Part shown: positions 41,562-52,614 of the stretch, in pieces | Numbering within the stretch: position 1 is the first letter of the stretch | Layout: the number at the start of each line of letters is the position of its first letter | Source of the DNA: an uncultured Actinomycetes bacterium | GTDB taxonomy: Bacteria > Actinomycetota > Thermoleophilia > Gaiellales > JALYLC01 | Length of the DNA: 64,000 nt | Reading direction: 5' to 3' | NCBI GenBank assembly: GCA_963834415.1 | Contig: CAWIBP010000004.1 | Location: forward strand, 7,077-71,076 | Notes under the pieces: generated by a model | The model's input: the letters and a program-made list of their open reading frames with translations, nothing else | Told to the model about the DNA's origin: nothing | Database searches by the model: none | Position numbers and translations under genes: made by a program

Positions 41562-41905
41562 ATCTGGGCGAGCGGCCGCACCTCGATGGCGCCGAAGCGC
41601 GCGCTCGGGATGCGGGCCGCGGCGTCGATCGCCTGCTCCTCCGTGGCGCAGTCGACAACGTAGTAGCCGCCGAGCAGCTCCTTCGTCTCGGCGAACGGGC
41701 CGTCGGCGACCACGCGCTCGCCATCGCGCACCCGCACGGTGTGGGCCGTCTCGCGGCCCTGCAGCGGGCTGCCCTCGACGTAGATCCCCTCCTCGCGGAT
41801 CGCGGCCGAATAGGCGAAGTACTCGCCCATGACGGCATTGACCTGCTCCTCGCTCATGCCTTGCCAGGCCGTCGGGTCGTCGTGGATCAGAAGCATGTAC
41901 TGCAC
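41558..41905 (-). CDS. YCII-related protein
   Basis: QYMLLIH; DGPFAETKELLGGYYVVDC; GAIEVRP. Confidence 0.92.
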   Translation of the reverse strand: MQYMLLIHDDPTAWQGMSEEQVNAVMGEYFAYSAAIREEGIYVEGSPLQGRETAHTVRVRDGERVVADGPFAETKELLGGYYVVDCATEEQAIDAAARIPSARFGAIEVRPLAQM

Positions 41906-41945
41906 GGTGGCGCTCCTCGTCTCGCTGTGGGTTGACAGTAGCGAG

Positions 41946-41972
41946 GACGAGCGGCGCGGGCCCGAATCGACA
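41946..41972 (-). promoter_or_regulatory. putative autoregulated ECF promoter TGTCGA-N17-CGTC
   Basis: Minus strand TGTCGA ttcgggcccgcgccgct CGTC upstream of the YCII-ECF operon, followed by an RBS (GAGGAG). Confidence 0.55.
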
Positions 41973-42008
41973 ATCGACTTCTAGACGCGCACGCGCTGGA
42001 GCATCAGC

Positions 42009-42425
42009 TTGGTGAGAACCGCCTCGTTCGGCCTTCGCCAAGCAGCAGCACAAGACGCCAGCGGAGATCAGGGAACGCGGCCTGACGCTCGCGGCCACGG
42101 CGCTCCTGAAGGGGCCCGGGCGCGGCCAGGGCTCTCGATCGCCGCGCGCCATGCGACCCCCGCCAAGGCGCGCGGCGAGGCGCTGCGCCTGCATGCGTCG
42201 AACCTCGACTCCGACCCCGGCACGACCGCACGGACGTTCACGGTCGCAGGGGTGCCGGGCGCGCTCGGCATCCGCATCGACGGCGAGGGCGCCCGCGCCT
42301 ATGCCGTGGCGTTCACCGATGGCGCCGACCTCGTCGAGCTCTTCGTGATCGCGAAGGCCGACGACGTGCGCAAGGAGCCATTCCTGAAGGCCGTTCGCGC
42401 CCTCTACGCGCGCTCACTGGCCTGA
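42009..42425 (+). CDS. hypothetical protein (possibly N-terminally truncated)
   Basis: C-terminal half FTVAGVPGALG..VAFTDGADLVELF..ALYAR looks protein-like; start uncertain. Confidence 0.4.
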   Translation: MVRTASFGLRQAAAQDASGDQGTRPDARGHGAPEGARARPGLSIAARHATPAKARGEALRLHASNLDSDPGTTARTFTVAGVPGALGIRIDGEGARAYAVAFTDGADLVELFVIAKADDVRKEPFLKAVRALYARSLA

Positions 42426-42829
42426 TGCCGCCGACGATCGAGGGCGAGCGGGCCGGCGCCCCACACGACGAGCGCGACGAGCGCCGCGACGAGGACGGGC
42501 GCGAGCCCGAGGTTGACGGCGCCTCCGTCGATCCGACCCGCGGTGGCGACGGCGACGATCAGATCGCCTGCCAGCGCGAGCGCCACGGGCCGCACGAGCA
42601 GTCCCAGCAGCAGCGCGATCCCGCCGGCGATCTCGAGCGTGCCGACGGCGTACACGGCAGCGTCGGTGAACGGGATGCCGTAGCGCTCGAACGCCGCAGC
42701 CTCGGCCTCGTGACGCAGGAACTTGCCCGGCCCGAAGCCGAGGAAGACGAGCCCGGCGACGACGCGCAGCACCCCCGCGAGCGGATGGGTCGTTCCGGGA
42801 TCGCGCGCCCACGCGAGTACGGCGATCAT
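42404..42829 (-). CDS. DoxX family membrane protein
   Basis: LRVVAGLVFLGFGPGKF; GTLEIAGGIALLLGLLVR; GAGPLALD. Confidence 0.88.
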   Translation of the reverse strand: MIAVLAWARDPGTTHPLAGVLRVVAGLVFLGFGPGKFLRHEAEAAAFERYGIPFTDAAVYAVGTLEIAGGIALLLGLLVRPVALALAGDLIVAVATAGRIDGGAVNLGLAPVLVAALVALVVWGAGPLALDRRRHQASERA

Positions 42830-42858
42830 GCCCCGCAGTCTCGGGACTCCCGTCGCCG

Positions 42859-43803
42859 TTACGGCAGGGCGGTGGCGAAGAGATCGGCCGGGAGCGCCGA
42901 GTCGTCGAGCTCGACGCGGGGAGCCCCGCCCTCCTCGAGCGCCGCGAGCAACGCGCCGTGGGCCGGCTCGCGCCGGGCGCGCCGCAGCTCGCAGCCGGGC
43001 AACGCGGCTGCGAGCGCATCGACGAGCAGCGCCGAGGGATGGCGCAGCACGCCGCCCGCGAGCGTGACGGGAGTCGGCTCGCCGAGGCCGCAGGCGCGGG
43101 CGCCGGCGCGCAGGTAGGCGGCGTTCTCGCGCGCGACCCAGCCGATGCGCTCGAGCGCCAGCTCGTCGCCCTCGGCCGCGCAGTCGAGCAGCACGCCGCC
43201 GAGCGATCTGCGCGGCGGCCGCGGCGCGCGGCCCGTCAGGAGCTCGAGCGCGCCCGCAGCGTCGCTCGTGCCGTAGGCCGCGGCCACCCGCTGTGGCAGC
43301 GAGCTCGCCGGTGCCATGCCGAGCTCGCTGCGCACGGCGGCATCGAGCGCGGTGCGCGTGAGATCGATCGTGAAGAACGGCGCGGCCAGCCAGCTCACGT
43401 GCCACAGTCGGCCGTCGGCCGCGCGCGCGCCGAGCGCCGTGCCGGTGCCGCACACGAAGGAACAGCCGACGCCGTCGTCGGCGCCGCAGCGGATCGCGCC
43501 GATCGCATCGTTGACGACGATCGTGCGCGCGGCCGGGACGCTGCGCGCGAGCTCGCTCTGCAGGTAGGCGATGTCGACCGGCCAGTCGGCGCCCGCGAGC
43601 GAGTAGTAGGCGCAGGCGACCTCGCCGCCGCCGGCCTCGGCGATCGCCGTGCGGGCTGCGCGCACGACCTCGGCGACCGCGAGCCCGGGCTCGATCTCGT
43701 AGATGTCGCCGCAGCCCGTGCGCGCGTGGCCGGCAATGCGGCCGTCCCGCCCGCAGGCCAGCGCGACCGTCTTGGTGTTGCCGCCGTCGACTCCCAGGAA
43801 CAT
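42859..43803 (-). CDS. BadF/BadG/BcrA/BcrD family (N-acetylglucosamine kinase-like) sugar kinase
   Basis: MFLGVDGGNTKT; LAGADWP; VVNDA; VCGTG; LAGGVL; EPAHGAL. Confidence 0.9.
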   Translation of the reverse strand: MFLGVDGGNTKTVALACGRDGRIAGHARTGCGDIYEIEPGLAVAEVVRAARTAIAEAGGGEVACAYYSLAGADWPVDIAYLQSELARSVPAARTIVVNDAIGAIRCGADDGVGCSFVCGTGTALGARAADGRLWHVSWLAAPFFTIDLTRTALDAAVRSELGMAPASSLPQRVAAAYGTSDAAGALELLTGRAPRPPRRSLGGVLLDCAAEGDELALERIGWVARENAAYLRAGARACGLGEPTPVTLAGGVLRHPSALLVDALAAALPGCELRRARREPAHGALLAALEEGGAPRVELDDSALPADLFATALP

Positions 43804-45117
43804 CAGGCCCGCAGCAGGCGCTCGGGCAGATGCTCGCGATGGGCCGTCGCGAGCTCGTCGTAGATGCGCTCGGTGCGGTCGAGATCGACCATCAGCGGGT
43901 GCGCGGCGAGCGCGTGGATGGCGTCGCGGCGGGTGCCCGACCAGGCCGCGTCGGCCGCCAGCGTCTGGTACTCGCCGAGCTCGTGCACGAGCCCGTAGAC
44001 GTCCTTCGGCAGCGCGGCGGGCGCGGGCAGCGGCTGGATCCAGCCGTCGGGGCCCGCCGCAGCGGCCGAGCAGCTCGACGACCAGGGACTCGTCGAAGCC
44101 CGGGAGCGCGCCGCCGGTGTTCGGCACGTTGACCGTGAGCTCCTCGTCCTTCTCGTTGAAGACCGCGTCCATGGCGTCGATCGCGAGCTCGAGCTCGTGG
44201 ATGCCGCCGCGCGAGAACTGCGGATCGAGCTCCGGATCGTCGCGCTCGGCCTGCTCGGCGTAGTGCTCCCAGTAGCCGGTCGACCAGCCGAGGATGTCCT
44301 CGGCGCGCGTCGTGGGCTTCGCCCTGAGCTCGGCCAGCACCTCGTCCTGGCAGTAGTAGTACTGGAAGTAGTCGGCTGGGATCGCGCCCATCTCGGCGGC
44401 GATGCGCAGCTGGCGGCGGAGCACGCCGGTGAGCTCGGGGTCGTCCTTGCGCCGCTCCCAGGCCTCGGCGATCAGCGGCATCGCGTCGGCGCCCCTGTAC
44501 TCGTGCGTGACGCTCCAGCAGGCGTGGTTGAGGCCGACCATCACGGTGTCCAGCTGCTCGCGGTCGAGGTCGGCCGCCTTCGCGATCTGGTCGCTGAAGT
44601 AGATCGGGCCCTCGCAGAGCGAGACGAACGGCACGTCGGAGTGCGACGTGACGGCCTGGGCGAGGATGTTGACGGGGTTCGTGTAGTTGAAGATCCTGAC
44701 GCCCGGGCAGACGTCTTCGGCATCGGCGAGGATCCCCTGCATCGCGTGGATCGCGCGCAGCGCCATGAAGAACCCGCCCGGTCCCTGCGTCTCCTGGCCG
44801 ATCACGCCGTGCTTGAGCGGGATCTTCTCGTCGAGCACGCGCGCCGCGAAGCCGCCCGGGCGGTAGCTCGAGAGGATCGCGTCGCAGCCGGCGAGACCCG
44901 CGCGGCGATCGGTCGTGGCCTCGACCGTGATGTCGAGTCCCCGGGCCTTCACCATGCGCTCGGCGAGCCGGCGGATGAGGTCGAGGCGATCCGCGTCGAG
45001 GTCGATCAGCACGACCTCGGAGCCGTCGAAGTTCTGGCCCTGGTGGATGAAGCTCGCCATCGTGCCGGCGCCGCGGGTGGAGCCACCACCGATGTACGCC
45101 ATGCGGATACGTGCCAT
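43803..45117 (-). CDS. family 4 glycoside hydrolase (NAD-dependent), frameshifted near 44050
   Basis: YIGGGSTR; DEKIPLKHGVIGQETQGPGG; NYTNP; SLCEGP; GLNH; ALAAHPL. Confidence 0.92.
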
Positions 45118-45128
45118 CGGGGTGCCTC

Positions 45129-46235
45129 CTAGATCAGCGCCGAGCGCGGGTCGTGGACGCGGCGGCCGTCTTCGGAGGCCGCCGGCGCTGCAAGGTCGGG
45201 ACGCGGGAAGCCGCTCGTGATCTCGCGCGCGCGGCCATCGGCGGCCGCCGCCTGCGCGGCCAGCATGACCTCGAGCGCGTGGAACGCATGCTCGGGCCGG
45301 GTCACCGGCTCGCGGCCGCTCTCGATGCAGTCGACGAGGTGGCGCAGCCCCTCGGTCCACTGCCACTCCGGATCGCTCTCGGGGAACAGCTCCCACGAGC
45401 CGCGCGCGTTGCGCCACAGCTCGTAGCCCTCGGGCGCCCAGTCGTCGCCGAGCAGCTGCAGCACGCCGTCCGAGCCGTACAGCTCGATCGCCGGCGAGCG
45501 GTACTTCTGCATCGTGAAGCCGGTCGTGACCGAGGCGAAGCGCGCATCGCCGAAGTCGATCAGCACGTGTGCGTTGTCCTCGGCCTCGACGCGCATGCTC
45601 TCGCCCTCGACCACGCGCTCGGGGATCGCGACGCCCGCCATCGCCGTCACGCGGCGCGCCGGGCCGAAGAGGCCGCACAGCGCGGTCACGTTGTAGACGC
45701 CGAGGTCGAACAGCGCCCCGCCGCCGCGCTCGTAGAACCAGCGGCCCCAGTCGGGGCCCGACCAGCCGTAGCGGGCGCGCGCGAGCAGCAGCTTGCCGAT
45801 GTCGCCGGCGTCGACGTGCGCCTGGATCGCGGCGTAGGTCGGCGAGAGCAGGATGTGCGGGGCGCAGATCAGGTGCCCGGGCGACTCCGCGGCAAGCTGC
45901 ATGAGCGCGGCCGCCTCGTCGAGCGAGGTCGCCATCGGCTTCTCGACGAGCACGTGCTTGCCCGCGCGCAGGGCCGCGCTCGCGAGCGCGCCGTGCAGGG
46001 GCATGCTCGTGAGCACGAGCACCACGTCGACGTCGTCGCTCCGGATGACCGCCTCGGCGTCGAGTCCCGGGTCGAGGCCGAGCCGCAGGCCGGCCGCCCG
46101 GCACTTGCCCTCGTCGGTGTCGTAGATCGCCGTCACACGCGCGCGACCGAGAAGGCGCTCGATCATGCCCATGTACGGGCCGTAGAAGACACTGCCCAGG
46201 CCGAGCACGCCGATCCGGATGGCAGCCTCGCTCAC
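45129..46235 (-). CDS. Gfo/Idh/MocA family oxidoreductase
   Basis: IGVLGLG; GKHVLVEKPMA; GGGALFDLGVY. Confidence 0.92.
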   Translation of the reverse strand: MSEAAIRIGVLGLGSVFYGPYMGMIERLLGRARVTAIYDTDEGKCRAAGLRLGLDPGLDAEAVIRSDDVDVVLVLTSMPLHGALASAALRAGKHVLVEKPMATSLDEAAALMQLAAESPGHLICAPHILLSPTYAAIQAHVDAGDIGKLLLARARYGWSGPDWGRWFYERGGGALFDLGVYNVTALCGLFGPARRVTAMAGVAIPERVVEGESMRVEAEDNAHVLIDFGDARFASVTTGFTMQKYRSPAIELYGSDGVLQLLGDDWAPEGYELWRNARGSWELFPESDPEWQWTEGLRHLVDCIESGREPVTRPEHAFHALEVMLAAQAAAADGRAREITSGFPRPDLAAPAASEDGRRVHDPRSALI

Positions 46236-46389
46236 CGGCTCGACGCTAGCACAGCACCGGAATGCGGCCCGCTCACCCGGGCTAACCGGCGAGCGCCCCC
46301 GTCGTCTGAGTCTTGGCCGGGTCGGCCAGCCCGCGCGTTCGGCATATACTCGCCGACTCAGGCACCGGCCCCGAACAGCAGGGAGCAGC

Positions 46390-47775
46390 ATGGAGAACCG
46401 TGGAAGAGGACGCCTGAGCGGCGTCGCCGCCCTCGCAGCGCTCACGGCGATCGCCGTGACGGCGGCAGTCTGGACGGGGAGCTCGGCGGCGGGCGTCACG
46501 AAGGCCTCCGCGACCAATCCGTTCGCGAAGTACGGCGACATCACGCTCAACGTCTGGACGGCGGACAACCAGGATCCAGGGCCCAAGCCGGTCATCGAGC
46601 AGCTCGCCAAGAACTTCGAGAAGAAGTACCCGAACGTCACGATCAAGCTCAAGTTCTACGACTTCACGAGCTACATGAAGGTGCTCAAGCTGTCGCTCAA
46701 CAGCTCGAACGCGCCTGATGTGGCCGAGGGCAACCAGGGCTACGGCATGGACGCCCTGCTCGTCAAGGCCAAGCTGATCAAGCCGCTGGACAGCTACGCG
46801 AAGAAGTACGGCTGGAGCAAGTACTACCCGCCGGGCACCGCGCAGCAGTTCCGCTGGAGCGCCGATGGCAAGACCTTCGGCAAGGGCCCGCTCTGGGGCG
46901 TCGGCCAGTTCGGCCAGTCGGTCGGCGTGTTCTACAACAAGGCGCTCGTCAAGAAGTACGGCGGCGACCCGAACAGCATGCCCAAGACGTTCGCCGAGTT
47001 CGAGAAGCTGGCGGCGACGCTGCGCTCCAACGCGCCCGACGACGTGCCGGTCATCAACCTCGGCAACAAGGACGGCTACGAGGCGCTGCACGCGTTCGGC
47101 ATGGTGCAGGGCGCGTACGTCACGGGCCAGTACATGCGCAACTGGATCTTCCACGCCCCCAACAGCACGTATGAGTCGCCCGCCAACATCAAGGCGCTGA
47201 CCACGTTCCAGAAGTGGTTCAAGGACGGCATCTTCGGCAGCGACTACAACGCCGTCGGCGAGAACGACGCCTCGGCGGCGTTCGCCAAGGGCAAGGGGAT
47301 CTTCTATCTCGGCGGCAACTGGCAGGCCCAGGTCATCCAAGCCGGCCTCAAGACCAACGCCGGGTTCATGAACATGCCCCCGGGGCCGAGCGGAAAGTAC
47401 GTCTCGATCGGGGCCACCAGCCTCCCGTGGCACATCTCGTCGAAGACGAAGTACGCCGACGTCGGCGCGGCCTTCATCAACGACCTGATCTCGGCCAAGG
47501 GCTCGGCCCAGCTGATGTACGACCAGAACCAGGTGCCGGCGATCACGGGCGCGCCCGCCGCGAAGGGCAACCCGTACCTGACCTCGCTGGCCACCGGCTG
47601 GCAGCAGCTCGTCAAGAGCAACGGCCTGACGCTCTATCCCGACTGGGCGTCCGACACGATGCTGACGACGATGGGCGCCGAGTTCCAGAAGATGATCGCC
47701 GGCCGGCAGTCGCCGGAGGCCACCGCCAAGATCATCCAGGCCGACTGGGCGAAGTTCGACAAGACGATCAAGTGA
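46390..47775 (+). CDS. carbohydrate ABC transporter substrate-binding protein
   Basis: Signal peptide; FEKKYPNVTIK; APDVAEGNQG; VFYNK; FAKGKG; followed by two permeases. Confidence 0.9.
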   Translation: MENRGRGRLSGVAALAALTAIAVTAAVWTGSSAAGVTKASATNPFAKYGDITLNVWTADNQDPGPKPVIEQLAKNFEKKYPNVTIKLKFYDFTSYMKVLKLSLNSSNAPDVAEGNQGYGMDALLVKAKLIKPLDSYAKKYGWSKYYPPGTAQQFRWSADGKTFGKGPLWGVGQFGQSVGVFYNKALVKKYGGDPNSMPKTFAEFEKLAATLRSNAPDDVPVINLGNKDGYEALHAFGMVQGAYVTGQYMRNWIFHAPNSTYESPANIKALTTFQKWFKDGIFGSDYNAVGENDASAAFAKGKGIFYLGGNWQAQVIQAGLKTNAGFMNMPPGPSGKYVSIGATSLPWHISSKTKYADVGAAFINDLISAKGSAQLMYDQNQVPAITGAPAAKGNPYLTSLATGWQQLVKSNGLTLYPDWASDTMLTTMGAEFQKMIAGRQSPEATAKIIQADWAKFDKTIK

Positions 47776-48743
47776 GCGATGCCTCTCCGGAGAGAGAGGC
47801 ACCAGCGACCGCAGGACGCGCCCGGGGGGAGACTCCCGGGCGCGCGGCGGCTCCTCGCCGCAAGCCCACCGGGCGCGCACCGGGAGAGCCGCGCCACGTC
47901 GCCTACCTGTACATCCTCCCCGGGCTCGCGGCCTATCTGATCTTCACGTTCTTCCCGCTTCTGCAGACGGTGCGGCTGTCGTTCTACGAGTGGGACGGCA
48001 TCACGCCGAAGTCGTGGATCGGGCTCGACAACTACCGCGAGCTGTATGGCACGCCCGAAGTGCGCGGGGCGTTCCAGCACTCCGTGACCCTGATCCTCTT
48101 CTACGCGATCCTCTCGATCGCGATCGGGCTCTTCCTGACGGCCGTGCTGACCCGCTTCAAGGTGCGCGGGTTCATGTTCTTCCGCACCGTGCTGTTCATG
48201 CCGCAGACGATCGCGACGGTCGTCGTGGCGCAGGCATTCGTGTGGATCTACGACCCGTCGGGCCCGCTCAACGAGTTCCTGCGCACGATCGGCCTGGGCT
48301 CCGTCGCGAAGTCGTGGCTCGGCGACTTCGAGTGGGCGCTCCCGGCGGTCGGGCTGATCGGCACGTGGATCACGTTCGGCCTCTGCCTCGTGCTTTTCCT
48401 CGCGGGTGCGCAGCGCATCCCACAGGAGCTCTACGAGGCCGCCCGCGTCGACGGCGCCGGCTTCTTCCGCGAGTTCTTCGCCGTCACGCTGCCGGGCCTG
48501 CGCAACGAGGTCGTCGTCGCGGCGACGCTGACGACGATCACGGCGCTGCGCAACTTCGACATCATCTACAACACGACCGCGGGCGGGCCCGGAGGTGAGA
48601 CGTCCGTGCCGTCGTGGCTGATGTTCCACAACGCCTTCGACCTCAGCCGCGTGGGCTTCGCGGCGTCCATCGCCGTCGTGCTGACGATCATCATCACCTG
48701 CATCGCGCTCGTCATCGGCCGGCTCTCGAGGCCCGTCGCGTGA
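47772..48743 (+). CDS. carbohydrate ABC transporter permease
   Basis: YLYILPG; GLDNY; FRTVLFMP; IPQELYEAARVDGA. Confidence 0.92.
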   Translation: MSDASPEREAPATAGRARGETPGRAAAPRRKPTGRAPGEPRHVAYLYILPGLAAYLIFTFFPLLQTVRLSFYEWDGITPKSWIGLDNYRELYGTPEVRGAFQHSVTLILFYAILSIAIGLFLTAVLTRFKVRGFMFFRTVLFMPQTIATVVVAQAFVWIYDPSGPLNEFLRTIGLGSVAKSWLGDFEWALPAVGLIGTWITFGLCLVLFLAGAQRIPQELYEAARVDGAGFFREFFAVTLPGLRNEVVVAATLTTITALRNFDIIYNTTAGGPGGETSVPSWLMFHNAFDLSRVGFAASIAVVLTIIITCIALVIGRLSRPVA

Positions 48744-49579
48744 CGGGGCGCCTCGACCGCTACACGACGTACGTCGTCCTGATCGGGTTCTCGCTGCTCG
48801 CGCTCTACCCGATGATCTCGATCCTCTTCCTCGCGTTCCACCGCAAGACGGATCTCGTGACCGGCTTCTCGCTGCCGACGACGTTCAGCCTCGAGACGTT
48901 CACGTCGGCCTGGACGGAGGGCGACTTCGCGAAGGGCATGTGGGGCAGCGTGCTCGTGGCCACGACGGTGACGGTCGTCTCGGCCGTGCTCTCGCTGTTC
49001 ACGGGCTACGCGTTCGGGACGATGCGCTTCCGCGGCTCGGCGCTGCTCTTCAACCTGATCGTGGTCGGGCTGATCTTCCCGTACGAGGCGACGGTCATCC
49101 CGCTCTACTACGACTTCCTCAACTACCACCCGCTGGGCGTCGACCTCGCGGGCTCGTACTGGGCGCTGATCCTGCCGCAGATCGGGCAGTCGGTCACGCT
49201 CGGCACGTTCTGGATGCGCGCCTTCTTCCTGAGCACGCCGAAGGCGCTGGTCGAGGCCGGCCGCATCGACGGCGCCGGGACGTTCCGGATCCTGCGCAGC
49301 ATCCTGCTGCCCCAGGCGCGGCCCGCGCTGCTCACGCTCTGCCTGCTCGTCTTCATGTACACGTGGAACGAGTTCCTGCTCGCGCTCGTGCTGCTGGCGG
49401 GCTCCGACAACACGACCGCGCCGCTCGGGCTGTCGTTCTTCGCCGGCGTCTCGCGCGCGTCCGATCCGACCAAGGTCGCGGCCGCCTCGGTGATCGTGGC
49501 CGCGCCGGTCGTGATCGTCTACCTCTTCCTCCAGCGCCACTTCATCCGCGGCGTGCTGGCGGGCGCGATCAAGGAGTAG
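48740..49579 (+). CDS. carbohydrate ABC transporter permease
   Basis: GYAFGTMRFRG; LVEAGRIDGA; WNEFLLAL; QRHFIRGVLAGAIKE. Confidence 0.92.
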   Translation: MTGRLDRYTTYVVLIGFSLLALYPMISILFLAFHRKTDLVTGFSLPTTFSLETFTSAWTEGDFAKGMWGSVLVATTVTVVSAVLSLFTGYAFGTMRFRGSALLFNLIVVGLIFPYEATVIPLYYDFLNYHPLGVDLAGSYWALILPQIGQSVTLGTFWMRAFFLSTPKALVEAGRIDGAGTFRILRSILLPQARPALLTLCLLVFMYTWNEFLLALVLLAGSDNTTAPLGLSFFAGVSRASDPTKVAAASVIVAAPVVIVYLFLQRHFIRGVLAGAIKE

Positions 49580-50307
49580 GGCAGGCGTCGTGGTCGGCGA
49601 GCACGACGACGTCGCCGCGCGGCCTGCTGCAGCCAGGAGGCCGGCACGTCGGCCGTCGGCGGCGCCGTCAGCGTGCGGCGCAGGATCTCGCGCTTGTGCG
49701 GGCCGGAGACGACGAGCAGGACCTGCCGCGCCGCGAGGATCGACGCCAGGCCGCAGGTCAGCGCCTCGCGCGGCACGTCGTCCTCGTCGCCCCAGTAGCG
49801 CGCGTTGCTGCGGATGCTCTCGGGCGTCAGCGGGACGAGGCGGGTGGGCGCGTCGCGCTCGATCGGCGGCTCGTTGAAGCCGAGGTGCCCGTTCGGCCCG
49901 AGGCCGAGGATGGCGAGCTCGAAGCCGCCGGCGGCCGCCACCGCCGCGTCGTACTCGCGGCACACCACGTCGGGCGCGGCCGCGCCGTGCGTCGAGCCGG
50001 ATCGTGCGCTCCTCGGGCACGTCGAGCGGCTCGAGGAACGAGCGCTGCATCCAGCCGTAGAGCGAGCGGCGGTCGTTCTCGCGCGAGGCCGGCGTACTCG
50101 TCGAGCTGCGCCGCGCGCAGCTGCGAGGTGTCGAGCTCGCCAGCGCGCGCGGCGCTCGGCCAGCTCGCGGTAGGCGCCCATCGGCGTGTCGCCGGTCGCG
50201 AGCAGGAGCAGCGCGTCGGGCTTGCGCGCGAGCGTCGCCGCGATCGCATCGGCCGCCGCATGGCTGAGCGCCTCGTAGTCGTCGACGACGACGACGCGGA
50301 TCGTCAA
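49576..50307 (-). CDS. nagB: glucosamine-6-phosphate deaminase, frameshifted (3' end approximate)
   Basis: LATGDTP; QLDEY; LGLGPNGHLGFNEP; VPREALTCG; VPASWLQ. Confidence 0.88.
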
Positions 50308-51060
50308 CGCTCGTAGCCGGGATTGACGCGATCGAGCTCGCGTCGCACCGCGGCGAACAGCTCGGCCTGACCGCCGAAGCGCCGGAACTGGTCGGCGGTG
50401 TGCTGCGGCGACCGCCTCGGCACGCGTGCAGGAGCGGCGAGCCGGTCGACTGCGCCAGCATCTGCACCTGCGCCGCGCGCTCGAGGAAGTAGAGCTGGTG
50501 CCACGCGTCGGCCACCGACTCGCCCACGACAGCACGCCGTGGTTGTCCATGAGGATCACCGTGATGCCGTCGCCGAGCGCGGTCGCGATGCGCGCGCCCT
50601 CCTCCTCGGCGTCGGCAGAGCCCCCGTAGGGCAGGCGCGCGATGCGGCCGTGGAAGTACATGGCGTTCTGGCTCAGCGCGCGTGTCGAGGCCGCCCTCGG
50701 TCATGCGAGAGCGCGGTGGCGTACGGCATGTGCGTGTGCAGGACGCAGGCGGCGTCGGGCCGCGCGCGGTGCGCGCCGAGGTGGATCGTGAAGGCGGTCG
50801 TGTCGAGCTGCCCCCTCGCCCGGCGAGGCGCTCGCCGCCGAGACCGATCGTGAGCAGGTCGCTCGCGCGCATCTCCGACCAGTGCGGGCCGTATGGATTG
50901 AGCAGGAAGCGGTCGTCGCGGCCGGGCACGACGAGGCTGAAGTGGTTGTCGATGCCCTCGTTGAAGCCGTGAGGGCGGCGGCGCGCAGCGCGGCGGCGAG
51001 TTCGACGCGGGCGACCCGCAGGCCGGCGGCGTCGGGGGCGATATCGATCGATGCGGACAC
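50304..51060 (-). CDS. class II aldolase/adducin family protein, frameshifted
   Basis: EGIDNHFS; FLLNPYG..SEMRASDL; CVLHTHMPYATAL; MDNHG; LYFLERAAQVQ. Confidence 0.88.
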
Positions 51061-51089
51061 CGCGCCATCGTACGCGCTGAGATCGGGGC

Positions 51090-51430
51090 TCGCTCAGGCC
51101 TCGCGCAGGCGCGCGCCGCGCGCCGAGGACGAGCGGCGACGATCTGCGTCGCGAGCGCGAGCGCGAGCAGCGTCCGTCGATCAGCCGGTCGCCGCCCGCG
51201 GTCTGCGTGAAGGCGAAACCGATCACGACGAGCAGCAGGCCGTCGGCGATCAGGTCGGCGCGCACCAGATCGACGAGGTCGACGGCCAGCTTGGCCGCCC
51301 GAGCAGGAACGCGACGCAGCATGACGAGCATGCGCGATCAGCAGCGCCGCGATCTCGGGCACGGCGATCAGGCCGAGCACGCAGGCCGCGAGGGTCAGCA
51401 GGACGATCAGGCACGCCTCGCACGCGCTCA
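51090..51430 (-). CDS. hypothetical membrane protein, frameshifted (boundaries approximate)
   Basis: Hydrophobic segments in successive frames between the phosphoesterase and aldolase genes. Confidence 0.4.
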
Positions 51431-52539
51431 GATCACGACGTGGTCGAGGACGCTGCCGCTGCTGGTCGAGGTACGTGTAGCCGACGCCGTCGGCCCGCAC
51501 GTCGACCATCAGCGCGCCGATGTCGAGCAGGCTGACGTCGCGAGCCGGGCGTCTCCTTCGTGTGCTCGAGCGAGCCCGGGCCCCTTGCCGCTCGGTGCCG
51601 ACCGTGAACGTCTGGACGCCCTCGACGGTGCGGCGCTCGTAGCGGTGCAGGTGCCCCGAGAAGACGATCGCGCCGGTCTCGCGCAGCAGCGGGAGGATCG
51701 GGTCGCCGATCTGCAGCGGGCGGTGGCAGGCGACGAAGCGCACCGCCGGGCCCGGCTCGTGCAGCTCCGTGCGCGCGAACTCGATGCGCCGCCGGATCGT
51801 TGGGCTCGTCGCCGAGCACGACGACCTGGACCGGGCCGTGGTGCACCGTGAAGCGGCCGCCCTCGGGCAGGTCGAACGCCTTGCTGAGGGCGCCCGGCCC
51901 GGGGAAGAACGTTGTCGTGGTCGCCGAGGCAGACGTACATCGGCGCGTTGCGCCATGAGGTCGGCCAGCGGGCGGAAGATGTTGCGGTCGAGCAGCACCT
52001 CGGCCGCGACGAGGTAGGAGTTGTCGCCCGGCGGTGACGACGAAGTCGGGCCGCTGCGCGGCGAGCATCCGGCCGACCGCCCACTCGTTGTCGTTGCCCG
52101 AGCCGTAGTCGCCGAGCACGGCGAAGCGCACCGGGCGGTCGAGCGCCGCGGGCGGCGTGACGAACGAGCCGCCCGCCTCGGCGGTGCCCTCGACGCTCGC
52201 GACCCACGAGTAGCGGGTGTCCGGCTGCAGGCCGCGCAGGACGCCGCCGGCGACCTCGACGGCCTTGCCGTCCGGGGCCGAGCGCCGTGAGCTCGACGGC
52301 CTTGCCGCCGCGCACGCTCCAGCGCAGCGCGGCCTCGCTGCCGCTCACGCGCAGCAGGTACGGCCCGCGCGCGAACGGCGTCGTCCGACGGGCCGCGCAG
52401 GTACGAGAGCCAGTACCAGATCGTCAGCGCCCACGCCGATCGCGCAGACGGCGACGAGCATGCCGAGCGCCCCGAGCGCGACCCGCGCGCGGGTGAGGCG
52501 CGCTGCAGGAGCTGCTCGGCGGGGATCGCAGCTCTCCAT
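51428..52539 (-). CDS. membrane-anchored metallophosphoesterase (purple acid phosphatase-like), frameshifted
   Basis: N-terminal TM; RGPYLL; GLQPDTRY; FAVLGDYG; GDNSY; LGDHD; CHRP; FSGHLHRYER. Confidence 0.8.
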
Positions 52540-52614
52540 CTCCGCAAGGTAGACAAGGTGAACCGCGCTCGCTAGACTCGGCGGCCTGTCCGCAGACACC
52601 CTCGCAACGAGCCC

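Noticed and set aside
42859..46104. 1081-aa GH4-BadF fusion ORF
   Set aside because: An indel near 44050 shifts GH4 into the kinase frame; the true GH4 end is in ORF 43803..43988, overlapping the kinase ATG.
46306..46362. CTGAGTC...GACTCAG inverted repeat resembling the MITE TIR core
   Set aside because: Only 7-10 nt match and there are no TA ends. Could be an operator around the TATACT -10, but the evidence is too weak.
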